Shown: positions 39,346-52,058 of the stretch, in pieces
Layout of the letters: the number at the start of each line of letters is the position of its first letter
Position numbering within the stretch: position 1 is the first letter of the stretch
Source: Octopus sinensis
Lineage: Eukaryota
DNA: 64,000 nucleotides
Direction: 5' to 3'
Assembly: GCF_006345805.1 (NCBI RefSeq)
Contig: NC_043023.1
Coordinates: forward strand, 20,398,001-20,462,000
Made by a program: the position numbers and the translations under genes
Notes under the pieces: generated by a model
Databases searched by the model: none
What the model was told of the DNA's origin: nothing
Seen by the model: only the letters and a program-made list of their open reading frames with translations

Positions 39346-39612
39346 GCCTATACTGGGTGCTGTTTTTTTTTAACCTTTTCATGGCACCTACACCGGTAAG
39401 GTTGACAATTACCCTGAAGACAAGACACCTCAGCTGAGTGCAGTATAGTGTTAAGGTATATGAAAGTATGGTAGAGGGGTAGGAACAAGTGCCTTGCTGA
39501 AGAGGTGAATCTATGGCACTCTCATGGAAAGAGAGAAAGAAAGAGATGTTACCTCAAAGTACAAGATATGAGAGATAGAGAAGGGGGGAGCAGAAAACTT
39601 AGGTGAGAGTAC

Positions 39613-40389
39613 TAGAGGGGAAAGGGTGTGACAGCCCTCATGGCACACTTAGAGGGGAAAGGGTGTGACAGCCCTCATGGCACACTTAGAGGGGAAAGGG
39701 TGTGACAGGCCTCATGGCACACTTAGAGGGGAAAGAGTGTGACAGCCCTCATGGCACACTTAGAGGGGAAAGAGTGTGACAGCCTTCATGGCACACTTAG
39801 AGGGGAAAGAGTGTGACAGCCCTCATGGCACACTTAGAGGGGAAAGAGTGTGACAGCCCTCATGGCACACTTAGAGGGGAAAGGGTGTGACAGCCCTCAT
39901 GGCACACTTAGAGGGGAAAGGGTGTGACAGCCCTCATGGCACACTTAGAGGGGAAAGGGTGTGACAGGCCTCATGGCACACTTAGAGGGGAAAGAGTGTG
40001 ACAGCCCTCATGGCACACTTAGAGGGGAAAGAGTGTGACAGCCCTCATGGCACACTTAGAGGGGAAAGGGTGTGACAGCCCTCATGGCACACTTAGAGGG
40101 GAAAGAGTGTGACAGCCCTCATGGCACACTTAGAGGGGAAAGAGTGTGACAGCCCTCATGGCACACTTAGAGGGGAAAGAGTGTGACAGCCCTCATGGCA
40201 CACTTAGAGGGGAAAGAGTGTGACAGCCCTCATGGCACACTTAGAGGGGAAAGGGTGTGACAGCCCTCATGGCACACTTAGAGGGGAAAGGGTGTGACAA
40301 CCCTCATGGCACACTTAGAGGGGAAAGGGTGTGACAGCCCTCATGGCACACTTAGAGGGGAAAGGGTGTGACAGCCCTCATGGCACACT
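39613..40389 (+). repeat. 37-bp minisatellite, 21 near-identical copies
   Basis: tagaggggaaagggtgtgacagccctcatggcacact, varying mainly at g/a in aagggt/aagagt. Confidence 0.97.
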
Positions 40390-40400
40390 TTTTTTTTCTT

Positions 40401-40980
40401 TTTATTCTTTTTACTTGTTTCAGCCATTTGACTGCGGGCCATGCTGGAGCACTGCCTTAAAGGGGGGTTAGTTGAAGAAACCGACCCCGGGACTTATTCT
40501 TTGTAAGCCCAGTACTTATTCTATCGGTCTCTTTTGCCGAACTGCTAAGTTATGGGGACATAAACACACCAGCATCGGTTGTCAAGCAATGCTAGGGGGA
40601 CAAACACAGACACACAAACACACACACACATATATATATATACATATATACGACGGGCTTCTTTCAGTTTCCGTCTACCAAATCCACTCACAAGGCATTG
40701 TTCGGCCCGGGGCTATAGTAGAAGACACTTGGCCAAGGTGCCACACAGTGGGACTGAACCCAGAACCATGTGGTTGGTAAGCAAGCTACTTACCACATAG
40801 CCACTCCTATGCCTATATATATGATGGGCTTCTTTCAGTTTCCGTCTACCAAATCCACTCACAAGGCATTGTTCGGCCCGGGGCTATAGCAGAAGACACT
40901 TGCCCAAGATGCCACGCAGTGGGACTGAACCCAGAACCATGTGGCTCATAAGCAAACTTCTTTACCACACAGCCATGCCC
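40401..40980 (-). mobile_element. Family A SINE with duplicated 5' module
   Basis: Head/CORE module occurs twice, ending near 40812 and 40980. Confidence 0.85.
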
Positions 40981-42517
40981 ATATGTTTATATATATGATG
41001 CCAGCCTCCTTGCCCCAAGTGGCCCCTGTGCCAGTGGCACGTAAAAAGCACCATCTGAACATGGCTGATGCCAGCACCGCCTTGACTGGCATCCATGCCA
41101 ATAGCATGTAAAAAGCACCATCCGATCGTGGTTGTTGCCAGGCCCCTCTGGCCCCTGTGCCGGTGGCACATAAAAAGCACCCACTACACTCACGGAGTGG
41201 TTGGCGTTAGGATGGGCATCCAGCTGTAGAAACTCTGCCAGGTCTGATTGGAGTCTGGTGCAGCCATCTGGTTCGCCAGTCCTCAGTCAAATCGTCCAAC
41301 CCATGCTAGCATGGAAAGCGGACGTTTAACGATGATGACGATATATATATTTATATGTATTTATGTCTGTGTTTGTTCCCCCACCCACCCACCCACTATC
41401 ACTTGACAACCAGTGTTGGTGTGTTTATGTCCCTATAACTTAGCGGTTCAGCAAAATAGACCAACAGAATCACTACTAGGCTTACAAAGGATAAGTTTTG
41501 GGATCAATTTCTTTTCAACTTAAAAAAACTCCTTAAGGCAGCGCTCCAGCATGGCTGTAGTCAAATGTCGAACAATGAGAATGAGTGCTCAACACCACAT
41601 TGTTGGATAAAGAGTCTTTATTTTTGTTTTAAGGCTACCATTGGTTTCATGCTAAGAGACATCTTGACAATTCTTTAAACTGATCATGTAGAAAAATTGG
41701 TGTTCGTTTGTTTACATTTATTGGTATTTAATTATTGGATATCGTTAACCAAATTCATTTAAAACTGAGTGCCTTATTGGGATCTGCCTGGATGTTTTAA
41801 CCCCTTTTTTTTTTCTCTTTCTGCACCTGTTGTATCTGTCGTTTGACCACAGTTGTGGATTTGGTAGACGGAAACTGAAAGAAGCCCGTCGTATATATGT
41901 ATGTATATGTGTATATATGTTTGTGTGTCTGTGTTTGCCCCCCCCCCCCCCACAACATCGCTTGACAACCGATGCTGGTGTGTTTATGTCCCCGTAACTT
42001 GTTATATTCCGAAGTCATCGATAGAATGTTTCTATCTTGCACCGTACAACCCCGAGTCATACAGCATTATAGTGCTATTATCCCCAAAGGGTTGGATTGT
42101 TATAACATCCACCCAGTACCACAGTTATATTACTATATCAGCACAGACACAACTGTCAACACAGTCTACACGTACTCTCAACCTTCTGACCTTCCCCTTG
42201 CTGACTGGCTACTGCTTTATTTGTAATGGCTGGCTACTACCACTTTTTACTAGGAGAAGTGTACAGTTTTACTATACAACAAATCATCTTTTTAGCATTT
42301 GCCCCTGTCGTGTCATGTTCTTGCTTTAGCGGGAATGGGTTAAGCATCATCTCTGCAGCCAGTTCTGTCTTTTAGTCTGCTTTTGAGCTGTGTGTGTAGC
42401 TATATTGTTCTCAGGAGCCTGGGTGGAGGGTAAGGTTAGACACAGGGGCCAAGCCCTGAGATGGTTGATGGCATCAGCAATATTTAAGCAAACTGCATTT
42501 GTATTCTTCATACATAG

Positions 42518-42890
42518 GTGTAGGAGTGGCTGTGTAGTAAGTAGCTTGCTTACCGACTACGTGGTTCCAGGTTCAGTCCTACTGCATGGCACCTTGGGCA
42601 AGTGTCTTCTGCTATAGCCTCGGGCCGACCAAAGCCTTGTGAGTGGATTTGGTAGATGGAAACTGAAAGAAGCCCGTCGTATATATGTATGTTTGTGTGT
42701 CCGTGTTTGTCCCCTCAACATTGCTTGACAACCGGTGCTGGTATGTTTACATCCCCGTGACTTAGCAATTCGGGAAAAGAGACCGATAGAATAAGTACTG
42801 GGCTTACAAAGAATAAGTCCCGGGGTCGATTTGCTCGACTAAAGGCGTTGCTCCAGCATGGCCGCAGTCAAATGACTGAAACTAGTAAAG
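42518..42890 (+). mobile_element. Family A SINE
   Basis: Full-length copy upstream of exon 43088. Confidence 0.85.
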
Positions 42891-43087
42891 AACATATTTT
42901 TGTATTGGATCCAGTGATTCAGGTTCGATTCCCAGGTGTCTTGCGACTGCCAAGATATATATCCCGGGCTACAGTGTGTAGACATATGCGCTTGTGTTTG
43001 CTTTTTCTTTTTTAGTAAAGGCTTCGTAAGTTTCCTTAATTGAGATTTCATTGAAGTGTGTGTCAATGGTTTCGTTTTCCATTTCAG

Positions 43088-43143
43088 GTCAAGGGCTGAA
43101 ACGAGAAGACAGCGGTGGTGGAGGATCAACAGACAGCGGTGTG
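43088..43143 (+). CDS. IQSEC: IQSEC small exon (G-QGLKREDSGGGGSTDSGV)
   Basis: ttttccatttcag| acceptor and GTG|gtaagc donor. Phase 1 to 0 bridges the 16852 and 56134 exons. Resembles the RRxSxGSLxS motif found at this position in the family. Confidence 0.8.
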
Positions 43144-43207
43144 GTAAGCAGCATTTTGTCTTTAATCATTCCTCCCCCCCCACCAAAAAACAAAAAAAAA
43201 ACTAAGA

Positions 43208-43375
43208 AGGAGTGGCTGTGTGGTAAGTAGCTTGTCTACCAACCACATGGTTCTGGGTTCAGTCCCACTGCGTGGCATCTTGGGCAAGTGTCTTCTGATA
43301 TAGCCCCGGGCCGACCAATGCCTTGTGAGTGGATTTGGTAGACGGAAACTGAAAGAAGCCCGTCGTATATATATG

Positions 43376-43420
<45 letters not shown>

Positions 43421-43605
43421 TTGTGTTTGTCCCCCTAGCATTGCTTGACAACCGATGCTGGTGTGTTTATGTCCCCATCACAAAAGAGACCGATAGAATA
43501 AGTACTGGGCTTACAAAAGAATAAGTCCCGGGGTCGATTTGCTCGATTAAAGGCGGTGCTCCAGCATGGCCGCAGTCAAATGACTGAAATGAGTAAAAGA
43601 GTAAA
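43208..43605 (+). mobile_element. Family A SINE
   Basis: Full-length copy downstream of exon 43143. Confidence 0.85.
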
Positions 43606-44084
43606 CAATTGACTTGTGGGTTTACAAACCATCTTCCCCCCACCTTCCTCTTCCTCCCCCCATTCCCTCTCTCCCTCTCCCTTCACCCCCGCCACCACCA
43701 CTATTGCAACTACTTCCACTACCACTCTTAACACTACCACTTCTACAACAACGTCAGTCTTTTCTACTTCTGCTGCTGTTACTACTACTACTACTACTAG
43801 GCAGGGTGGAACAAGCCAGTTCAGGGTAGAAAGCGCTCACGCATACATACACTCTCATGCACACACACACATACACACACACCTTTTTTTATCTTGCTGC
43901 AGTTGTTAAACTGTGGCCATGCTGGAGTACTTGCCTCAAGAATCTTGGTCGGACTAATCGACTCTTCCCCCTCCCCCCAAACGTTTGTTCCTCCTCTTAA
44001 AATCTGACACGCTATTTATTGGTCTCTTTTGGTCGAACCGCTAAGTTACAGTGATGTAAACACTCCAACACACACAGATCATCA

Positions 44085-44765
44085 TCATTGTTCGACTGTG
44101 GTCGAGACAATGGAATTTACTGTTACGCCAGACTTCACAGTCCATCATAGCATCACGGAGGTCCTGTTGCTGGATGCCTGTATCCCTGGAGATTACATCA
44201 GGGTAGGAAAGTGTGCGCCCTCTGGTATTGCGAGCAGATGGCTTCCAGAGGAGAAGAGTAGAAATTACCTTGTTTTCAGCTCTACAACAATGTCCAGCAA
44301 ACTGGACTCTTCTACCTTTCACAAGAGATGACACAGGTGGTAGTTTCCCATATATTTGCATTTTGGTTGGATGGCGCTTCCACGAGAGATTTTGAGCTCT
44401 CATAAGGAGGCGAGTGTAGGTTCCATCCAACCGCCTCTCAAGCGTCTTTGATAACGTCCAGGTTTCTGAGCCATATAGTAGGATTGGTTCGACTGTGGCT
44501 TTGAAGATTTCAAGTTTGAAGTCTCTACTTAGATTTGATGACCAGATCTTATGCATGTCATTACAGGCTGACCAGGCCATACCCTTTATAATTAGAAAAT
44601 CTTTTTTCAGATGATGAAGTTCCATCCAACCACCTCTCAAACATCTTTGATAACGTCCAGGTTTCTGAGCCATAGAGTAGAATTGGTTCGACTGTGGCTT
44701 TGAAGATTTCAAGTTTGAAGTCTCTACTTAGATTTGATGACCAGATCTTATGCATATCATTACAG
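44085..44765 (-). mobile_element. RTE-clade LINE 3' end with a tandemly duplicated 5' portion
   Basis: KLEIFKATVEPILLYGSETWTLS...FAGHCCR. Segment about 44480-44580 is repeated at about 44660-44765. Confidence 0.88.
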
Positions 44766-44934
44766 GCACACACACACACAGAGTTACACATACACGTCAT
44801 CATCATTTAATGTCTGTTTTCCATGCTGGCATGAGTTGGACGGTTTGACCGGAGCTGACCATCTGAAAGGCTGCCCAGGTCTCATCCCTGGTTTGGCACA
44901 GTTTCTGTGGTTGGTAGTCACAGGTATGACAGCA

Positions 44935-45172
44935 TAGCGGCGAGCTGGCAGAATCGTTAGCACGTCGGGCGAAACGCTTAGCTGTATTACGTCTGCCGTT
45001 ACGTTCTGAGTTCAAATTCCGCCGAGGTCGACTTTGCCTTTCATCCTTTCAGGGTCGATAAATTAAGTACCAGTTACGCACTGGGGGCGATATAATCGAC
45101 TTAATACCTATGTCTGTCCTTGTTTGTCCCCATCTATGTTTAGCCCCTTGTGGGTAATAAAGAAATAGGTAT
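44935..45172 (+). mobile_element. Family C SINE with Nin/Deu-like central domain
   Basis: ggcgagctggcagaatcgttagc...gagttcaaattcc...gcctttcatcctttcagggtcgataaattaagtaccag. Other copies at 12375-12612(-), 17548-17770, 21722-21930, 21995-22212, 23612-23845, 46236-46450 and 55101-55320. The Nin/Deu assignment is from recall of the conserved domain. Confidence 0.75.
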
Positions 45173-46856
45173 GACAGTTTTTTTCTACATAATCTCAGGC
45201 CGATGAAAGCCTTGTGAGTGGATTTGGTAGAGGCTGGCAAATAAAAACGGTATCTTTTGTTGGTGCCAGAATGTCAGGAGACGAGATGGACTTTGAACCT
45301 GGAGCCACCAAATTGCCGGTGCCAAAACAGCGACAGCACTAACCCATTGCCTTTGGGGTGGATGGGAGTGGAAGTGGAACTGTGGGGGGTAGGAAATAAA
45401 GAGAATCTTTGTTGGCTGTGGTGTTTGTTTGCCCCCTCCATCAATCTCTGGCTCTGTTAGGGTGGGCATGGGAAGAAACAACGGATGATATAAAGATAGA
45501 CACTTCATTGGTTGGTGGTGTTCATCTCCTCCAAATATTTCACAGCCTCCCTTGGCATGTTATCTCCTCCACCCTTCCATCAGTCTCCCTCTCTATGGTG
45601 GTGGGCATGGAGAGAAGCAATACATAATTATAGAACTATTTTCTATTACCAGTTCTCCTATTTTTACCTTCTATTGTTATCTGTTTTTTCTTTGTTTATG
45701 TTTTCTCACTTTGTTATATCTGTTTTTCTCCAGGTTTTTTCCATCTCATATGTCTTATAATTCCCTTAAGTTTTCCCAATTCTTTATCTGTTTTTCTTTC
45801 CATATCTGTTTCCCAATGTGAATATCACATCTTTTCCTTTATCTGTTTTTTTTTTATGTTTAAAAATTCTGTTTATTGTCCACGATTTTCCTGTTTAACC
45901 CCACATATCTATCAGTTTTTATCTTTCTAAAACTGTTTTGTCCTAATTTTAAAACTGTTTTCCTAATCTGTTTTGTCCTACTTTTAAAACTGCTTTATTA
46001 ATCCGTCTCGTCCTACTTTTAAAACTGCTTTATTAATCCGTCTCGTCCTACTTTTAAAACTGTTTTCTTAATCTGTTTTGTGTGGGGGGTTTTTCCTTTT
46101 CTGTTTTCCTGTCACGTTTTATATCTGTTTTATTATATTCTCCCCACTCTCCCACCCCACTCAGTCTACTTTTACCCTTTTTTTTTTCTTTCTCTATTTT
46201 CTCTCTCTGTTCATCCTTCAATATGTCCATCTTTTAAGGCAGCAAGCTGGCAGAAATGTTAGCACACCAGGTAAAATGCTGAGCTGTATTTCGCCTGTCT
46301 TTACGTTCTGAGTTCAAATTCCACTGCGGCTGACTTTGCCTTTCATTCATTCGGTGTCAATAAATTAAGTACCAGTTGCGTACTGGGATCAATCTAATCG
46401 ACTGGATCCCTCCCCACCAAATTTCAAGCCTTGTGCCTTGAGTAGAATCTATTTTTCTCCACTTATTCCTGAAAAGGTTGTTAGGGGTTGTTTTCCGTCC
46501 TTCCTCCCTAGGGTCCTTTCAGAAGCAACTGCCATTACTCTTTGCCACTGGATTTCCAAGCATGACCAACCAAGACTATGGATTATCCGACCACTTCATT
46601 CTTGGTCTACCCCTAGGTCTCTCACCAGTCTTGGCTCAGATTAAAGAATTTCCCTTGCAATTCTTTCCTGCGACATTTTAACCCCACATCTTTAGTAACA
46701 ATGTGGGGACTTTCCAATGCCGCGAAGTACTGACTGGGTCTGGAGAATCTCCAAAGACTGTGGATATTAACCAACCATCTTGTTCTTCATCTACCTTTTG
46801 ATCTCCACTTGACTCAGCCAGAAGAATCTTCTAGTTCTTTCCTGCAATAGTCCAAT

Positions 46857-47236
46857 GTTCGTTGTATGGAAGCACTCCGTCGGTTACGACGATGAGGGTT
46901 CCAGTTGATCCGAATCAACAGAACAGCCTGCTCGTGAAATTAACGTGTAAGGCGCTGAGCACTCCACAGACACGTGTACCCTTAACGTAGTTCTCGGGGA
47001 TATTCAGCGTGACACAGAGAGTGACAAGGCCGGCCCTTTGAAATACAGGTACAACAGAAACAGGAAGTAAGAGTGAGAGAAAGTTGTGGTGAAAGAGTAC
47101 AGCAGGGATCACCACCCCCTGCCGGAGCCTCGTGGCGCTTTTAGGTGTTTTCGCTCAATAAACACTCACAACGCCCGGTCTGGGAATCGAAACCGCGATC
47201 CTGCCCTAACCACTGGGCCATTGCGCCTCCACTGGC
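46857..47236 (-). mobile_element. Family E tRNA-derived SINE (resembles octopus OK-type)
   Basis: Reverse strand ggaggcgcaatggcccagtggttagggcag...ggtttcgattcccagaccgggcgttgtgagtg. The same head occurs at 26747-27058(+) and 20120-20418(-). Confidence 0.75.
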
Positions 47237-47549
47237 ACATTATTATACCAGCAACTGACATTCTCGCCTCCATTCCAGCCTCCTGCCCTCCATCGTTCCT
47301 GAATATATACATCATATATTTTTATCTCCTTAACATTCGGATAAATTGATTTCACGAAGCGGAGGGGAAAGCAATGTCTTCACCCGACATATTTCTATTC
47401 CCTGCTGCCAAAACGCAAAACTCCAAAACTCCGTCTGTCGTCTTCAACAATAAACGTTCAAAATGAATCCAGTCTTTTCAACACCCAGCTGCGTTAACAT
47501 CTATCACCACAACATATAGGTGTATATTATATATGTAAATATATTATAT

Positions 47550-48230
47550 TATGTGTGTGTATAGATAGATATATGTATATGTGTATATATATGTATATGT
47601 GTATATATATATGTGTATATATATGTATATGTGTATATATGTATATGTGTATATATGTATGTGTGTATATATGTATGTGTGTATATATGTATGTGTGTAT
47701 ATATGTATGTGTATATATATATATATGTATGTGTATATATATATATGTATGTATGTGTATATATATATGTATATGTATGTATGTATGTGTATATATATAT
47801 ATATGTATATGTATGTATGTATGTATATGTATATGTGGATATATATATGTGGATATGAATATATGGATATGTATATATGGATATGTATATATATATGTAT
47901 ATATATATATATATATTTGTATATATGTATGTGTATGTGTATGTATATGTATGTATATATATATATATGTATGTATATATATATGTACGTGTATATATAT
48001 ATGTACATGAATATATATATGTATATATATGTGTATATATATATATATATTCTATATATATTACATGTATATATATATATATATAACATGTATATATATT
48101 ATGTAACATATGGTATAACTATAGACATAATTATAAGCATGTATAAATATATTTTTTATATATATATATATATATATCTTCTTATATATATATATATATA
48201 TATATATTCTTATATATACACTGAACAAAT
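47550..48230. repeat. (TA)n/(TG)n compound microsatellite
   Basis: Direct reading. Similar tracts at 24090-24570, 35240-35790, 35990-36560, 48420-48750 and 56630-58240. Confidence 0.95.
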
Positions 48231-48273
48231 GATGTATAATCTTTAAAAAGAAAAACTTCCTCTCTTTTTCCAG

Positions 48274-48372
48274 ATTCGTTTTGCCGGGGTCAAAGTTCAT
48301 ATCTCCCAGTCTCACCTGGGACAGAGTAGTCCTCATCCTCCTCCACTTCATCCTCATCATCATCTAACCCAG
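48274..48372 (+). CDS. IQSEC: Candidate in-frame cassette exon of IQSEC (IRFAGVKVHISQSHLGQSSPHPPPLHPHHHLTQ)
   Basis: Strong acceptor ttcctctctttttccag|, open 99-nt phase 0-0 frame in a unique island between microsatellites, weak donor CAG|gtgctt. Confidence 0.45.
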
Positions 48373-48646
48373 GTGCTTAAAACTAACGAAAATAGACTGT
48401 GTTTTTTTTGTTTTTGCTCCTTCTCTCTCTCTTTCTCTCTCTCTCTTTTTTCTCTCTCTCTTTCTCTCTCTATCTCTTTCTCTCTCTCTCTTTCTTTATC
48501 TCTCTCTCTCTTTCTCTCTCTCTTACTCTCTCTCTCTTACTCTCTCTCTCTTTCTCTCTCTCTCTTACTCTCTCTCTCTTACTCTCTCTCTTACTCTCTC
48601 TCTCTCTTTCTCTCTCTCTCTTTTTCTCTCTCCCTCTTTCTCTTTT

Positions 48647-48677
<31 letters not shown>

Positions 48678-48993
48678 TTCTCTCTCTCTCTTTCTCTCTC
48701 TTCTCTCTCTCTCTCTCTCTCCCTCTCTCTCTCTCCCTCTCTTTCTCTCTTTCGTTAGTGGTTTTCTAGTTTGATTTTCTTTTGGTTTGAATTTTGTTTT
48801 AAAGGGGTCGGATGGGGACGAGCCTTGAAATTGCAAATGATGCATCAGAAACTCACGGGGACTGCTTAGAAAAGTTTGCCTTTTTCCTAAAGCAAATGCA
48901 TGTGTGCGGGTCCCAGGTACGACTTCAGATCCCTTCCATTTAACCTCATAACATCGGCTGATGTCAATTTACGTGCACCGTGTACCCACTTTG

Positions 48994-49024
<31 letters not shown>

Positions 49025-49624
49025 GTTTAACATCCGTTTTCCATGCTAGCATGGGTTGGACGGTTCGACCGGGGATCTGGGAAGCCAGGAGGCTGCACCA
49101 AGCTCCAGTCTTATCTGGCATTGTTTCTACAGCTGGATGCCCTTCCTAACGCCAACCACTCCGTGAGTGTAGTGGGTGCTTTTTACGTGCCACCTGCTCT
49201 GGTGCCAGGCAAGGCTGGCATCGGCCACCGTCGGATTGGTGCTTTTTACGTGCCACCGACACGGAAGCCAGTCGAGGCGGCGCTGGCATCGGCCACGATT
49301 CGGATGGTGCTTTTTACGTGCCACTGACACGGAAGCCAGTCGAGGCGGCACTGGCTTCGGCAAAAATATACGCAGCCCTATCTGCTGCGGTTTCACATCT
49401 GTTTTCGTATCGGTTGATATAAATATCCGCCATCACTCACAGAATCAATGATGGAAGCCATCGTCCAAATTTTAAAGAATCTGAAAGGTTTCTTACACTC
49501 TTCATTGTATCTTCATCTCTTTGGATCTCTTTGGAGTTCATTGTTTGGCTCCTCAACAAGCAACATCATCCCGTACATCGTGATTGTCTGTGAAAGCAAC
49601 AGGGGCCCCTTATTATCATCATTA

Positions 49625-49925
49625 TTATTATTATTGTTCGACCGTGGTCGAGACAATGGAATTTACCATGCTACGCCAGACGTCACGGTCCATCATGGCA
49701 TTACGGAAGTCCTGTTGCTGGATGCCTGTATCCCTGGAGATTACATCAGGGTAGTAGAGTGTGCACCCTCTGGTATTGCGAGTAGATGGCTTCCAGAGGA
49801 GAAGAGTAGAAATTACCTTGTTTTCAGCTCTACAACAATGTCCAGCAAACTGGACTCTCCTACCTTTCACAAGAGATGACACAGGTGGTAGTTTCCCATA
49901 TATTTGCATTTTGGTTGGATGGCCC
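49625..49925 (-). mobile_element. RTE-clade LINE 3' end, third copy of the same family
   Basis: Near-identical to the 18235 and 44087 copies. Confidence 0.88.
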
Positions 49926-49939
49926 CTTAGTCATCTTAA

Positions 49940-50535
49940 CCCTTTAGCATTGAAACCGGCCATATCCGGCCGAAAGTCTTCTGCCTGTTTTATGTTCAAA
50001 CTGGCCATATCTGGTCTCTCACACCGTTGGTTGGCATCCTTTCTGTCTCGGGAGACAATGGAGTTGCGCATGAAGTAGTCTAGTCCGGCTTTTATATTTC
50101 ATATCCTGATACATTTCCTGCTGTGGCTGTGTAGTCCTATCCTGGACAAACACTCCCTCTGGCAGGTGCCACAAATGTAGCGAAGACTGTTCCTGGCTGG
50201 TTGTAATGCCATAGTTTCTTGTTGACGTCTCTTCTTTTCTTTCCATTTCTCCTCTCTCTCTCTGTCACTCCTTTGTATTCCCTCTTTTACTGTACGTCGC
50301 CATTCTCCACGGTTGCCGGCGACTGCCTCCCAACCGCTAATATTGATGTTGCAGGCCTTCATGTCCCTTTTGCAAACATCCTTGTAACGTAAGATCGGTC
50401 TACCCACAGACCTAGTACCCCTAGCCAGCTCTGACCCTACAATATCGTTTTAAAACATTAACAGCTTCCTCATCAAAATCTCACAGCTACAAGATAATGC
50501 ATGATTAGTTCAAAACGAATGTGGATGAAAAAGGG
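49940..50535 (+). mobile_element. TTAA-flanked (piggyBac-like) MITE hosting the BovB-like fragment
   Basis: ttaa|ccctttagc ... aaaggg|ttaa. The body matches the reverse of the 52059-52278 MITE. Confidence 0.7.
50026..50435 (-). mobile_element. RTE/BovB-like LINE 3' end with C-terminal zinc finger
   Basis: GRPILRYKDVCKRDMK...WEAVA.NR.EWRRTV...YICGTCQRECLSRIGLHSHSRKC. Confidence 0.88.
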
Positions 50536-50868
50536 TTAATTTTGGTAGAATAATGCAAGCACTAAAGGGTTAAAGGACAACTCCTGACTTGCACACCGAC
50601 TTGGCTCATAATGGAAGCAAGTTTCACACGATCAACCTTGCTTTTGTATTCATGACCATCTTAGACTCCAACTCAGTTCAAGACTTCATCTCCAACTCAA
50701 GTAAAAAAGCAGCAGTTTTGGCAGTTGGCACCACCATTTCCATTACGACTTCCTAGCAAATTCCTACACGTTCAGCAAATTCTCCTGGTCCTTTGCGGCA
50801 TTTACAGTCGCATCCAGCCATGCCAGTTTCATTGAATTTACGGTCCTCGCAGTGATGATAGTTTACAT

Positions 50869-51087
50869 CAGTGCTTTTTAAACTTTTTGCTGGAGCGGAA
50901 CCCCAAGGAAACATTCCACTGGCTCGAGGAACCCCTGTGCAATAATTTAATAGTCTTATGCACACATATCTGCACAGGAGAATTAAAAATTACTGACGAT
51001 TTTAGCAGTTTTGTAACTTCTTGCGGAACCCCTGGACTGTACTGGCGGAACCCTAAGGTTCCGCGGAACCCTGGTTGAAAACCATTG
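50869..51087. mobile_element. hAT-type MITE with 8-bp TSD
   Basis: TSD gtttacat at 50861-68 and 51088-95; termini cagtgcttttt / gaaaaccattg. Confidence 0.88.
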
Positions 51088-52058
51088 GTTTACATAATTA
51101 AAAAGTGGATGCTTTTAAGCAGTTGACATAGATATACACTGAACCCTTGTCGGAGAAGTAATTACTGTTCTACTTGCCTGATTAAAAAAACCGTTTTCAT
51201 GGGGTCCTACTCCAGAAGGTCAACTACTATTAAAGGTTCGGTCCTTTGCGGCATTTACAGTCGCATCCAACCATGCCAGTTTCATTGAATTTACGGTCCT
51301 CGCAGTGATGACAGTTTGCATAATTAAAAGCACATGCTTTAAAACAGTTGACATCAATAAACGCTGAACCATTGTCGGAGAAGTAATTACTGTTCTTGGC
51401 CGAGAGGATTACCTTCAGTGCAACCTACTTGCCTGATAGAAAAAGCTGTTTCCATGGGGTCCTACTCCAGAAGTTCAACTACTATTAACCCTTTAGTGTT
51501 CAGATTATTCTATCAAACATAATGCACGTAAGGAAGATGGTGTTGTAGGAGTTCTGTGTGTAGTTTTAATACTGAGATTGAAAGGCATGGGTGAATCATG
51601 CCTACCTAATCATCATCATCATCATTGTTTAACGTCCGCTTTCCATGTTGGCATGGGTCGGACGATTTTGACTGAGGGCTGGGGAACCAGATGGCTGCAC
51701 CAGGATCCAATCTTGATCTGGCAGAGTTTCTACAGCTGGACGCCCTTCCTAACGCCAACCACTCCGAGAGTGTAGTGGGTACTTTTTAGGTGCCACTGGC
51801 AAGGGGGCCAGTCAGGTGGTACTGGCAACGACCACGCTCGAATGGTGCCTTTTACGTGCCACCGGCACAGAAGCCAGTTACCTGCTCTAAAAAGAAATAA
51901 AATATTTTGCATTTTATGCATAGTAATCAAAGTAACCTTCATAATTTTATTGAATTAGGGGCATATTTTGCCATACAAGGAAAATGTTACTATCAATCTA
52001 TTTTATTCAGGGTAGGCAATACCTACTTTGCCTACCCAGGCAGCATGTCCCTGTTTAA

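Noticed and set aside
39613-40389. CRISPR-like regularity of the 37-bp and 30-bp arrays
   Set aside because: Units are contiguous with no unique spacers, there are no cas genes, and the context is eukaryotic.
42000-42281. Possible solo LTR (TGTTATA...TATACAACA) interrupting a family A SINE
   Set aside because: No matching TSD and no second copy in the window.
46440-46860. Possible additional RTE-like coding relic on the minus strand (RPRGRPRMKWSD)
   Set aside because: Only a short motif is recognisable through frameshifts; too degraded to delimit.
47544-48246. Y/I/C/V/H/T-rich and L/S or E/R ORFs here and at 9.1, 24, 28, 35-37 and 56.6-58.2 kb
   Set aside because: Dinucleotide microsatellites have no stops in several frames.
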